DNA from: an uncultured Gemmatimonadaceae bacterium
Lineage (GTDB): Bacteria; Gemmatimonadota; Gemmatimonadetes; Longimicrobiales; RSA9
DNA: 64,000 nt
Reading direction: 5' to 3'
NCBI GenBank assembly: GCA_964410055.1
Contig: CAYPGK010000001.1
Span: forward strand, 4,101 to 68,100
This document shows, one piece after another, positions 10,201 to 18,604 of the stretch. Positions within the stretch are counted from its first letter, which is position 1. Every line of letters starts with the position of its first letter. The position numbers were made by a program, and so were the translations under genes. Under the pieces are notes generated by a model that saw nothing but the letters and a program-made list of their open reading frames with translations, was not told the DNA's origin and made no database searches.

Positions 10201-10447
10201 TGCGGGCGCGTCGAACGGCGAGCATGAACGGGTACGGCCGCCAAAGCGGGCCGCTCCCCCTGGCGAGCCGCCGGGATGCACCGTTCTCCACGAGGGCGTC
10301 GTCGGCATCGTCCCGCCGCACTGGATGGCTCATTCCGCTCGGCCCCCTGACCGCTCCGCTGCCACCGTTCGGGGGCGGCGGTTGCATTTCCCGGGCCGAC
10401 ACCGGGCGCCCGGCGCGTTGAAGCTCGCGCCGGGCGTCCCGTGGCAT
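7289..10447 (-). CDS. multi-sensor histidine kinase (polytopic N-terminal domain, 2 PAS, GAF, HisKA, HATPase_c)
   Basis: H-box MSHELRTPLNAI. HATPase motifs NLLSNAVKFT, DTGIGI, GGTGLGLA. PAS-like and GAF-like segments lie upstream. The alternative start MSHPV at 10333 is possible. Confidence 0.85.
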   Translation of the reverse strand: MPRDARRELQRAGRPVSAREMQPPPPNGGSGAVRGPSGMSHPVRRDDADDALVENGASRRLARGSGPLWRPYPFMLAVRRARTSRPDRWLLGLWAVACLVIIVIGVIQAREGWNAFPLTLGRTRIFFTVYPPLSLSVLLLFWLGLPWAAVPAYLATLILSLDAGMAPGWAVLFALADPLALYVYAIIYRAAPIRIDLRTFESYFWFGAASLVGALCGSAASFIWSWSHGLDADRTFAIWQGWWLGAFAMALALVAPTLALFTRRVERTKRAYFKLPKRRVTTARWIVTAIIVCGAILASFVLVMTEQARYRTAAALASQMPAATLEAMRTAAESWRLLAWTALVLVTATAVSGVLLARRWNEALVREVRIRTAALKESREKLGQIFEIAPAGMLLLDSKGRIVESNAAAQNILRRSREELRGRRLGAPTWTVMTPDGREVVTGPVAQVMRTGEPAPEREVRIEGDQGPPLVLSLAAAPLRGGDGTPTGIVVSFTDVTETRRAARQIRESEQILRQMAETLHGIFWVAQVEPRQVLYVSPAYETIWARPVTDLVRDPWSWLEAVDPEDRDQAAESLKASCRGDETHAEFRVIRPDRSIRWVRAHTIPLAREDGTVYRLVGIVEDITALRAEEESERFLSDASRALAGSLSFDATLDSLARLAVPRLADWMVIHGPVAAGRRPIAAAHADPDRRKTLSRLAEIDLDPDLPHPVLQAMQSGEPVLVSDFTDERLREISPNDEYLRALRELEPGSGIALPLIARGHTLGAIELVRDRGTPPYEPVDVEYLREFAYRAALSLDNARLYEEAQAANRAKADFLAVMSHELRTPLNAIIGFADLLQAEVAGPVNEKQRVQLDRIVASAQHQLSLIDEILTYARTETGWEVISPTMTDARDIATTAADVIRPIAEGKGLAFDVELPDSPITIRTDANKVRQILVNLLSNAVKFTEQGGVDLRVWEKEGDAVFEVRDTGIGIAPDQLPRIFEPFMQAEEALTREKGGTGLGLAVAYRLARMLGGTISVETQQGAGSTFTVRLPSLPAGEQQPRTENGRQAA

Positions 10448-10488
10448 GCGCCGATGGGTTGTTCAGCGCGCGGCCGGGCGCGCCCTCG

Positions 10489-11676
10489 CTACCGGGCGAG
10501 GACCTTCGCCATCCGTGCGACGGCTTGATCCAGCGCCTCCTCCGACGCGGCGAAGGACAGCCGGACGTAGCGGTCGTCGCCGAACGCCGCGCCGGGAACG
10601 AGCGCGACGCCCGCACGGTCGAGCAGGTCGCTGCAGAACGTGACGGAGTTCGTCGCGTCGCCGGAGTAGAAGGCGTCGGCGCGGAAGAAGAGGTAGAACG
10701 CGCCGTCCGGATGGACGTAGGGGACGTCCGGCAGACGCTCGCGGAACAGTTCGACCAGGAGATCGCGGCGCTGGCGGAAGACCTCCACCATTTTCGCGAT
10801 CGCCTCCTCCTCGAGCGGCTCGGCGCTGTACGCCGCGATCGCCGCATGCTGCGAGGGCGCGGCCGCGTTCGACGTGGTGTGGCTCTGCAGCGCCGCCATG
10901 TGTCCGGCCAGCACCGGGTCGGAGTAGGAAAAGCCGATGCGCCAGCCGGTCATGGCGAACGCCTTGGACGCGCCGTCGATGACGACGCCGCGCGCGGCGA
11001 TCGCCGGGTCCAGGTCGAGCAGCCCGGCCGCGGGCCCCTCGCCGGCGAAGTGGATGCGCGAGTAGATCTCGTCGCTCAGGATCCAGACCTCGCGCTCGGC
11101 GGCCCAGCGCGCAATGGCTTCCAGCTCCTGGCGCGTGTAGACGGTGCCCGCGGGGTTGGACGGCGAGTTCAGGATGAGCCCGCGCACGCGCTCGTCCCAG
11201 ACGGCGTCGAGCTCGTCAGGGCCGATCTTGAAGCCGCGATCCTCCCGGCCCGGCACGATCACCGGCTCCGCGCGCGAGAGCTTGACCAGCTCCGGATAGC
11301 TCGTCCAGTACGGCGCCGGGAGCAGCACCTTGTCGCCGGGGCCGAAGAGGACGAAGCACGCGTTGAAGATCGCCTGCTTCGCGCCCGCCGTAACCACCAC
11401 GCCTTTGGGGTCGAACGGTCGGCCGTAGCGGCGCTCGAGGCTCGAGGCGATCGCCTGCCGCAGCGCCGGCAGCCCCGCGGGCGGCGTGTAGCGCGTCTCG
11501 CCGTTCGTGATCGCCGCGATCCCGGCCTGGCCGATGAAGTCGGGAGTGCGAAAATCCGGCTCGCCCGCACTCAGGTCGATGATGTCGCGGCCCTGGGCGC
11601 GCAGCTCCCTGGCCAGCGCCGCGACGGCCATCGTCGCCGATGGCGTCAACTCTGCGATGTTCTGACTGATTCGCAC
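10489..11676 (-). CDS. class I/II pyridoxal-phosphate aminotransferase (aspartate aminotransferase-like)
   Basis: GTG start giving VRISQNIAELTPSAT. Motifs LSAGEPDF and SKAFAMTGWRIG (PLP lysine). 395 aa. Confidence 0.9.
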   Translation of the reverse strand: MRISQNIAELTPSATMAVAALARELRAQGRDIIDLSAGEPDFRTPDFIGQAGIAAITNGETRYTPPAGLPALRQAIASSLERRYGRPFDPKGVVVTAGAKQAIFNACFVLFGPGDKVLLPAPYWTSYPELVKLSRAEPVIVPGREDRGFKIGPDELDAVWDERVRGLILNSPSNPAGTVYTRQELEAIARWAAEREVWILSDEIYSRIHFAGEGPAAGLLDLDPAIAARGVVIDGASKAFAMTGWRIGFSYSDPVLAGHMAALQSHTTSNAAAPSQHAAIAAYSAEPLEEEAIAKMVEVFRQRRDLLVELFRERLPDVPYVHPDGAFYLFFRADAFYSGDATNSVTFCSDLLDRAGVALVPGAAFGDDRYVRLSFAASEEALDQAVARMAKVLAR

Positions 11677-11964
11677 GGTTCGTCCAGGTTGGGGGGAAAA
11701 AGGCGCGGAAATATGAGAGCGCACCCCCTCGCCGACAAGCGCCGGGCCGTGGGCACCTTCGGCGCGCGCCCGGGGTAGGCCCGAGAGCACGGTCACCGCG
11801 TGTGACGACGTGTCCGTGGCGCCGCCGGGGTTGCCCGCAGCGGTGCCGACACGGGGACGCGCGTGGCCGGCCGAAGCCTCGCGCCGCCGCACGTTTCGTG
11901 CGAATCGGAGGCGGCCGCAGGCCCGAGGGCAGGCATTCGTGAACTCGACCTGGATTTCTCACGC

Positions 11965-13605
11965 ATGGTGCGACGTCCCGATCCCCGTACCCATCGCTCC
12001 GCCGGGCGCACCGGCGCAGCGACGAGCGCTTGCGCCGCTGCAGCGGACGCTGTCTCGAGAGCGCTCGGCGCGCCACTCCGGACGGCCGCCGCCGCGCTGT
12101 CGGTGCTCGTCGTGGTCGGGGCTTCGCCTGCGGCGGCGCAGCAGACCGACCCCGCCGTCCTCCGGGCACGGATCGACACGCTCGCGCTGCGCGAGCACAC
12201 CCGCTACCTCGCCGATGATCGCCTCGAGGGGCGTGGCACCGGCACCCGCGGCGAGCGAATGGCCGCCGACTACATCCGCAGCCAGCTCGAGCGGATCGGC
12301 GCCCGAGGCGCCGCCGCGGACGGCGGCTACTTCCAGCCGGTCCCGCTGCGGGTGGCCACGATCGACGACGCTGCGACGCGTGTCGTCGTCGAGCGCGACG
12401 GCGCGCGGACCGAATACAGGAGCGGCACCGACTTCATCGTCGAGCGCGGCGGCCGTGATGCGTTCCGCGACTTCTCGGGCGCAGCGCTCTTTGCCGGCAC
12501 CGCTGCACTCGCCCGCGACGCACTGGCCGGGTACGACCGCCTCGACGGCCGGATCGTCGTCGTGATCGGCACCCTCGGCGACCGCGGCGCCGAGCTCATC
12601 ACCGACTGGACACGACGCGGCGCCGAAGGCGTCGTCTACCTCATCCCGGAGCGGGACCGTTTCCACTCCTTCGTGCGCGCCCGAGGCGGCGAGCGCTACT
12701 TCGTCGACGCCGACGTCGACGAGCCGGCGTGGCAGTCGCCGCTCCCCACGATCGTCGCCGGGCCGCGCCTCGCCGCCGCGCTCCTCGCGGACGCGCCGCT
12801 CGCGCCCGACGCGCTCGACGGCAGGAAGCCGTTCGCCGCGCTCCCCCTCGATCGAGAGGTCGAGGCGACGATCCGCATCGCCGAGCGCCCGGTCCGCGCC
12901 GCGAACGTGGCCGCGCTGATCCCCGGCAGCGACCCGGCGCTGCGGGACGAGGTCGTCGCCTACACCGCCCACTACGACCACCTCGGGATCGGCGCGCCCG
13001 ATGCGACGGGCGACTCGATCTACAACGGATTTTCCGACAACGCCGCGGGCGTCGCGATGGTGCTGGCGATCGCCGAGGCGCTCGTGCGAGAGCCGCCCGC
13101 GCGCTCCGTCCTGCTCCTCTTCTTCACCGGCGAGGAGCTGGGGCTGCTCGGCTCGGCGTACTACGCGGCCGAGCCGCTGGTCCCGCTGGAGCGCACCATC
13201 GCCGTGATCAACCTGGACGCCGGCGCGCCGCCCGCGCCGCCCCGGAGCTGGCGCATCGCCGGCGGGACCGCATCGACGCTCGGCGAGTTGGCGCGCCGCG
13301 TCGCCGCAGAGCAGGGGTGGAGGGCTGAGCCGTCCGCGCCGCGCCCGAACTCCGACTACTGGCCCTTCCTCCACGCCGGCGTGCCCGCGGTTTTCATCAT
13401 CCCGGGCACCGAGTGGGAAGGCGTCACACGCGCCGAGCGGGAGGCGCTCCACGCCCGCTGGGACCGGTACCACCAGCCCGGAGACGAATGGCATCCGGAC
13501 TTTCCCTTCTCCGGACTGCGACGATACGCGGAAATCGCGCTGCTGCTCGGGGTGGAGGTCGCAAACGCCCAGGAGCGGCCGAGGATGGGAGGTGGGGGTG
13601 GGTGA
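11965..13605 (+). CDS. M28 family aminopeptidase with signal peptide
   Basis: ATG 11965. Signal-like LSVLVVVGASPAAAQQ. Metal-site motifs AHYDHLG and FFTGEELGLLGSAYY. Confidence 0.85.
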   Translation: MVRRPDPRTHRSAGRTGAATSACAAAADAVSRALGAPLRTAAAALSVLVVVGASPAAAQQTDPAVLRARIDTLALREHTRYLADDRLEGRGTGTRGERMAADYIRSQLERIGARGAAADGGYFQPVPLRVATIDDAATRVVVERDGARTEYRSGTDFIVERGGRDAFRDFSGAALFAGTAALARDALAGYDRLDGRIVVVIGTLGDRGAELITDWTRRGAEGVVYLIPERDRFHSFVRARGGERYFVDADVDEPAWQSPLPTIVAGPRLAAALLADAPLAPDALDGRKPFAALPLDREVEATIRIAERPVRAANVAALIPGSDPALRDEVVAYTAHYDHLGIGAPDATGDSIYNGFSDNAAGVAMVLAIAEALVREPPARSVLLLFFTGEELGLLGSAYYAAEPLVPLERTIAVINLDAGAPPAPPRSWRIAGGTASTLGELARRVAAEQGWRAEPSAPRPNSDYWPFLHAGVPAVFIIPGTEWEGVTRAEREALHARWDRYHQPGDEWHPDFPFSGLRRYAEIALLLGVEVANAQERPRMGGGGG

Positions 13606-13703
13606 AGTCGGGAACCGCACACCTCCCCACCCTTGCCCCGACTCGCGCGCCCCACGATCTTCCCCCGCCATTCACAGCGTTTTCCCTGACGAGGAGGTGG
13701 AAC

Positions 13704-14144
13704 ATGGCCGCGGATCGGATCGCCGAAGCGACGTGGGAGGGGAACCTGGCGCAGGGTCAGGGGAGGATCGACCTGAAGAGCAGCGGGCTCGCCAGTCAGA
13801 TGCCCGTCACGTGGGCGTCGCGAACCGAAGAGCCCGGTGGAAAGACCAGCCCCGAGGAGCTGCTCGCGGCGGCGCACGCGTCGTGCTTCGCCATGGCGCT
13901 CTCGCACCAGCTCGCCGGCGCGGGGCATACGCCCGAGCGCCTCGACGTTCGGGCCACCGCCACCTTCGACAAGGTCGGCGACGGGTTCAAGGTCACGGGG
14001 GTGCGCCTCCACGTCCGGGGCCGCGTCCCCGGCGCCGACGAGGCTGCATTCATGCAGGCCGCCAACGCCGCCAAGGACGGCTGCCCCATCTCCCAGGCGC
14101 TCAAGGGGAACGTCGACATCTCCCTCGAGGCGTCGCTGGAATAG
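13704..14144 (+). CDS. osmC: OsmC family peroxiredoxin
   Basis: ATG 13704 preceded by GAGGAGG. Conserved Cys pair in SPEELLAAAHASCF and AKDGCPIS. 146 aa. Confidence 0.9.
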   Translation: MAADRIAEATWEGNLAQGQGRIDLKSSGLASQMPVTWASRTEEPGGKTSPEELLAAAHASCFAMALSHQLAGAGHTPERLDVRATATFDKVGDGFKVTGVRLHVRGRVPGADEAAFMQAANAAKDGCPISQALKGNVDISLEASLE

Positions 14145-14207
14145 TCCGGCAGAAAAACGTGCCGCGGCGACGGTTGGCCCACAGACAATCCGTCGCCGCG
14201 GATGCAG

Positions 14208-14248
14208 GAAGGGCCGGCGGTCCAAGACCACCGGCCCTTCTTCTGTCG
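14208..14248 (+). terminator. stem-loop after osmC
   Basis: GAAGGGCCGG-13 nt-CCGGCCCTTC followed by TTCTGTCGGTT. A second inverted repeat CCGCGGCGACGG/CCGTCGCCGCGG lies at 14162-14201. Confidence 0.5.
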
Positions 14249-14297
14249 GTTCCGGACCGAGCGCCAGGCCCGAGCCTGAGACGATGGGCGCTCCGCC

Positions 14298-14921
14298 CTA
14301 GTTGAGGTATGGCTCGATCCGCTCGGCGAAGCTCGTGCGCGCCCGGTGCAGCCGCGACTTCACCGTACCGAGGTTCACGCCGGTGATCTCGGCGATCTCC
14401 TCGTAGCTCTTCCCCTCCAGCTCGCGCAGCTTGAATACCAGACGGTGATGCTCCGGAAGCTCGTCGACCATGCGCTCGACGAGGTCCTGGAGGTACCGCT
14501 TGCGGTACATGTCGTCCGGACGCATCGACGAATCCTCGAACTGGAGCGGACGGTGCTCCGGCTCCCAGTGCGTCGTCAGCTTCTGGAAGAGGACCAGCGG
14601 GCTGCGCGAACGGTTTCGCAGCTCGTTCTTCGCCAGGTTCGAGCAGATCGTGTAGATCCACGTCGAAAACTTCTTCGACTGGTCGAACCGGTGAAGGTGT
14701 CGCGTGACGCGGATGAACGCCTCCTGGACCAGGTCCTCCGCACGGTCCCGGTCTCCCGTCTTCCGCGCAATGAAATGCACCAGCTTGTCCCGGTAGCGAT
14801 CGTACAGCTCCGAGAACGCGCCGGCATGGCCCTCCAGGTGTGCCGCCACCAGCTCGCCGTCATCCAGCTCGTGCAGCGGAGCTCGCAGCCCCGGCTTCGG
14901 CTTCACGGTCATCGTGGCCAT
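14298..14921 (-). CDS. ECF-type RNA polymerase sigma-70 factor
   Basis: Region 2 (DLVQEAFIRV...FSTWIYTI) and region 4 HTH (SYEEIAEITGVNLGTVKSRLHRAR). Confidence 0.9.
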   Translation of the reverse strand: MATMTVKPKPGLRAPLHELDDGELVAAHLEGHAGAFSELYDRYRDKLVHFIARKTGDRDRAEDLVQEAFIRVTRHLHRFDQSKKFSTWIYTICSNLAKNELRNRSRSPLVLFQKLTTHWEPEHRPLQFEDSSMRPDDMYRKRYLQDLVERMVDELPEHHRLVFKLRELEGKSYEEIAEITGVNLGTVKSRLHRARTSFAERIEPYLN

Positions 14922-15050
14922 AGGTCTCCTTTCCCCAGGGCGACGAGGGCACGCTCGTACTCCCGCCGGCCGCGATCGCCATCCAAATCAACGAGAATCG
15001 GGAACGGTTCCCCAGCTCGTCATTTTCGCGTGAAATCAATGCATTAACTT

Positions 15051-15089
15051 ACAAAAACTCGCCCCCGAACTCAAGGGTTCCGTGGGGCG
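15051..15089 (-). terminator. rho-independent terminator separating the three small envelope genes from the sigma-factor gene
   Basis: Minus strand: CGCCCCACGGAAC-CCTTGA-GTTCGGGGGCG followed by AGTTTTTGT. Confidence 0.6.
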
Positions 15090-15297
15090 AAGTTTGTATT
15101 TTCCAATGGTGGTTGAAGTTAGCCCGGACCGCGCCGGGACGCGGGGTGGCCGGGGTGTGCCGGCGCCGAAATCGCCGCGGTCGGCGGTGCGCGTCCACGG
15201 TCGTCGCATGGCGGGGCTCCGCGTTCGGGGGAGGGTGCGGGACGAGCCCAATGTAGGCAGGAGGACCGGCGCGCGCCATGGCGCCGTCGGCCATCGG

Positions 15298-15543
15298 CTA
15301 CTGCTCTTCGACGCGCTGAATGAACTCGTCGACGAGCGCGCGGAACTGCTGGCGGAGCGCTTCCTCGTCCTCGGCGGCGCGATGGGCGAGTCGCGGCTTT
15401 TCCCAGGCGGGCGGGTTGTCGCCGCGGCCCCAGTCGGAGGGCGGACCGTGGGCGCGCTCGCGCGCGCGGGCGCGCATCCAGTCGCGGCCGGTCTGATAGA
15501 GCTGGTCGAGCAGGTTCTCCGGGGGAAGGATCTCGTCGGCCAT
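15298..15543 (-). CDS. hypothetical protein (81 aa)
   Basis: ORF 15298..15645 trimmed to MADEILPPEN. Plausible composition, no known motif. Confidence 0.5.
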   Translation of the reverse strand: MADEILPPENLLDQLYQTGRDWMRARARERAHGPPSDWGRGDNPPAWEKPRLAHRAAEDEEALRQQFRALVDEFIQRVEEQ

Positions 15544-15623
15544 GCGGATCGGCTCCTGGTCTTGGACGGTCACGCCGCCGCGGAGCGCGCAAGAGCCATG
15601 CCCTGCACGGGGGGCGCCCCGGC

Positions 15624-16040
15624 TCAGTTCCGGCGCGGTCCCCACCGAAACGCGGCGGCGTCCTGATGGGCGCCGAGCACTTCGGCGACGGGTCGATCCG
15701 GGAGCCGGACCTCGACCCGTACGGCTTCGGGGACGACGACGATGTAGTCGGCGCGCTCGCCGCCGACCACCGTCATCCGGAGCTCATCCCTGCCGCGACC
15801 GGAGAGACCGAAGCCGGGAACGCCACGGGGCACGCTCCCCGTCACCTCGATACGGCCGACCTCGCCGCGGATCAGACGGAGCGTTCCGGGCACCTCGGCG
15901 TCGATGTGGATCGAAAGGCGATTGCCGAGGAAGGTGAAGACCCGGCGTACGGTGTCATCGCCCCGGTCCTGGGCGGCGGCGAGCGCGGGGAGCATGAGTG
16001 CGGCCGCGACGATGAGGAACGCGTGCGAAATTCGGGTCAA
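15624..16040 (-). CDS. secreted hypothetical protein
   Basis: Signal peptide MTRISHAFLIVAAALMLPALAAAQD. 138 aa. Confidence 0.6.
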   Translation of the reverse strand: MTRISHAFLIVAAALMLPALAAAQDRGDDTVRRVFTFLGNRLSIHIDAEVPGTLRLIRGEVGRIEVTGSVPRGVPGFGLSGRGRDELRMTVVGGERADYIVVVPEAVRVEVRLPDRPVAEVLGAHQDAAAFRWGPRRN

Positions 16041-16134
16041 CGTAGCGCTCCGTCCGGTCTGGGTCCCGCTGCCAGGGCGCGGAGCGCTCCACCGGGGGTG
16101 GAGCGCTCCTGCGGATCTCCAATGCGAAGGCCGA

Positions 16135-16830
16135 TCAGTAGTTCGTGCCGGAGCCGGTGGTGCCCGGTGCCGTGTCCAACGGCTGCTGCCCCGGCTGCGT
16201 GCCCGGCTGCGTGCCCGGCTGCGTCCCCGGCTCCATACCCGGCTCCATACCCGGCTGCATCCCGGGCTGCATCCCCGTCTGAGGCGCGGTGACGACCAGG
16301 TCCTGGTGGACGTTCCAGCGCTGGTAGTCGGGCTCCTGTTGGAGCTGCGACTGCTGGAGCCAGTTCGAGGCCTGGCCGGACGGCGCCTGCTGGATCGTGC
16401 CCATGATATGGACGTCGCGTCCGGTCTGGATCTCGGACATCTGCAGGGTCTGGCCGTCGCGGGTCGTGGCCGGCATCTGGATGAAGAGTGCGTGCGCCTC
16501 GCCGTTCACCTGGGTGGCGATCCAGAAGCCCTCGTTGGTCGGCTGGCCGACGATCTCCCCGTCGATCAGGACGGTTCGGCCGATGTCATCCGCGCCGAGC
16601 GGGAGCAGCATGCTCAGTTCGGCCGGCGCGCCCTCGGGTGTGATGGGTGTCGGCGCGGGGACGGCCGCGGCGGGTTCCTGGACCTGCTCGACCGTTTCCG
16701 TCCCGGCGATCTGCTCCTCGTCGGTGTCGACCATCTCGGCGATGGCCCAGATCAGGAGAGCGAGGACCAGCAAGCCGATGATCCACGGCCAGATCGACGG
16801 CCCTTTGCGTTCGACGTTGATGTCCGCCAT
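16135..16830 (-). CDS. membrane-anchored protein with C-terminal (G-x-x-P)8 tetrapeptide repeat
   Basis: ATG 16830 preceded by GGAGG. One N-terminal TM (IWPWIIGLLVLALLIWAI). C-terminus GMQPGMQPGMEPGMEPGTQPGTQPGTQPGQQP. Confidence 0.7.
   Translation of the reverse strand: MADINVERKGPSIWPWIIGLLVLALLIWAIAEMVDTDEEQIAGTETVEQVQEPAAAVPAPTPITPEGAPAELSMLLPLGADDIGRTVLIDGEIVGQPTNEGFWIATQVNGEAHALFIQMPATTRDGQTLQMSEIQTGRDVHIMGTIQQAPSGQASNWLQQSQLQQEPDYQRWNVHQDLVVTAPQTGMQPGMQPGMEPGMEPGTQPGTQPGTQPGQQPLDTAPGTTGSGTNY
16180..16275 (-). repeat. eight tandem 12-bp coding repeats (G-x-x-P tetrapeptides)
   Basis: Plus strand reads ccggctgcgtgc ccggctgcgtgc ... ccggctccatac ... The repeats encode GMQP GMQP GMEP GMEP GTQP GTQP GTQP GQQP. 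Confidence 0.85.
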
Positions 16831-16951
16831 GACAGCGTACCTCCTTCCGCGTTGGCTCCTACTCGCCGGGATCCCGGCGACCCCGCCACGGTGAGATCGT
16901 CGCAAATAGCGTTCCCTGCAAAGAAACCGTGCTGTCATGCGGATTCGGAGG

Positions 16952-16992
16952 GGAAAAGATGGGGCCCGGGTGTCTCCCGACCCCCGGGCCCC
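16952..16992 (-). terminator. terminator after the saccharopine dehydrogenase gene
   Basis: 10-bp perfect stem GGGGCCCGGG/CCCGGGCCCC with a 12-nt loop, followed on the minus strand by ATCTTTTCCCC. Confidence 0.6.
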
Positions 16993-17094
16993 CGGCGACG
17001 TCGCACCCGCGCGCCGCCGGGCACACGAGCCATCCGGCGCCGCCGGCTCCGACGTGCCGCCCAGCGGGCGCGGAGCAACGGGCGCGGCGGGCGC

Positions 17095-18261
17095 TCAGCC
17101 GTGCGACGCGGTCGCCTCCGACGTCGTCTTGCGGATCCGGACGCCGCGCCTGGCGAGCTCCTCGATGTAGAGCTCCGCGGGCACGCACTGGTCCGGGGTG
17201 CACGCGCCCGTACGCGTGACCTGATCGCGCGCCTGCATCTGGCCGGTGATCGAGAGGGAGAACCCGGTGGTGCGCTCCATGGCGCTGATCCCGGTCTCCT
17301 CGTCGTAGTAGTCGAGCAGGTCGTAGACGATGCGGTGCGGCTGTCCGTCCTTGCGCCCTTCGGCCTCGACGCGCAGTGCGACCAGGTCGCGGCCCTCGGG
17401 CTTGCGCAGCTTCGGCTCGACGGCCGCGATGAACGCCTGCCTGGGCACGACCTCCTGCTCGCCGACGCGGATCGGCTCGAGGTCGAGGAGCCCGAGGTCG
17501 CGGATCGCCTTCATGATGTTGGCGTGGCCCGGGTAGCGCAGCGTCTTGTACTCCATGGTGCGCAGCCGGCCCTCGTACGTCCACGGCATCGTCGACAGCC
17601 CGCCGGCGGTGTGGAACGCCTCGAGCGTGCCGACCGGCTCGGGGAACGCAACGGGCTCGATCTCGGTGAGCGCCTCGACCTGCTTCGGCTTGCCGTCGCG
17701 CAGCACCCACGAGAGCGTCGTATAGTAGTCGAGCACGCCCTCGATCGAGTAGACGATCTGGTAGTTCAGCGGCGGCTCCGGCTGCTGCGGCAGCCCGCCC
17801 ACGCGGATCTTCACCGTCTCCGGCTCGTCCAGCTCCTCGATCCCGGCCGCCGCCAGGATGTTGACCATCCCGGGCGCGAGGCCGCAGTCCGGGATCACGC
17901 TCACGCCCCGTTCACGCGCCGCAGCGTCCAGCTCGAGCTGGTTGAAGACGATCTCCGTGTTCCCGCCCAGGTCGCAGTAGTGAAGGCCCGACTGGACCGC
18001 GAGCCGCGCCATGTCCTGGTTGAAGTAGTAGGGGAGCGCGTTCATGCACGCCTGCTTCCCGTCCATGACCTGCAGCACCGCCGCTTCGTCGCGGGCGTCG
18101 AAGAGGACCAGCTCGAGACGCGGATCGCCGCGATACTTCTCGAGGAACGGCGGCAGAGCGTCGATGTTCTGATCCGCCACCGTCACTTTCTCGACCGCGG
18201 CGTTCTGGAGCAGGTCGTAAGCACAGGCCGAGCCCTGTAGCCCGGCGCCCAGTACCAACAT
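17095..18261 (-). CDS. saccharopine dehydrogenase family oxidoreductase
   Basis: ATG 18261. Rossmann N-terminus MLVLGAGLQGSACAYDL. 388 aa, with family-typical AFHTAGGLST and RYPGH segments. The upstream part of ORF 17095..18930 is rejected. Confidence 0.85.
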   Translation of the reverse strand: MLVLGAGLQGSACAYDLLQNAAVEKVTVADQNIDALPPFLEKYRGDPRLELVLFDARDEAAVLQVMDGKQACMNALPYYFNQDMARLAVQSGLHYCDLGGNTEIVFNQLELDAAARERGVSVIPDCGLAPGMVNILAAAGIEELDEPETVKIRVGGLPQQPEPPLNYQIVYSIEGVLDYYTTLSWVLRDGKPKQVEALTEIEPVAFPEPVGTLEAFHTAGGLSTMPWTYEGRLRTMEYKTLRYPGHANIMKAIRDLGLLDLEPIRVGEQEVVPRQAFIAAVEPKLRKPEGRDLVALRVEAEGRKDGQPHRIVYDLLDYYDEETGISAMERTTGFSLSITGQMQARDQVTRTGACTPDQCVPAELYIEELARRGVRIRKTTSEATASHG

Positions 18262-18604
18262 CCTCAAAACGCATCCTCCAGGTGGGAGGGGCGGACTCCC
18301 TCGGCCGCCCCTGGGTTCTCGTATCTCCGTCCAGTAGACCGAGATCCTGAACGTGCGGCCCGCGCCCGGCCGTGTCAACGGGTGGCGTGCGGACGAGGCT
18401 CCGGGCTTGCTCCGGCCAGAACGCGACGTGCCCTGGCCGAACGGAATCGATCGTCGGGCCAGTCGATACACCGGGGCTTCGGTAATGGCACGGCGTTGTG
18501 GCCGGGCGCTCCGGGGTTTAGGTTGAGGATTGCCGAAAATCCGGGGCAAGCCGGGTCCGGGCCCCGGCGCCACGCCACGATCCTTCACATCGAGAGGTGC
18601 GACG

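Noticed and set aside
15049-15294. 81-aa ORF (MADGAMARAGPP...) starting 4 nt after the stop of the 15298..15543 gene.
   Set aside because: High GC3 and the tight spacing are suggestive. Against it, the product is a Pro/Arg-rich low-complexity string, there is no ribosome-binding site, and its 3-prime end runs through the terminator hairpin. I left it unannotated. Ribosome profiling or homology search could revive it.
16180-16275. Short tandem repeats that might have been a CRISPR-like or minisatellite array.
   Set aside because: The units are 12 bp, contiguous with no spacers, and in frame inside a well-supported ORF. They simply encode G-x-x-P tetrapeptides.
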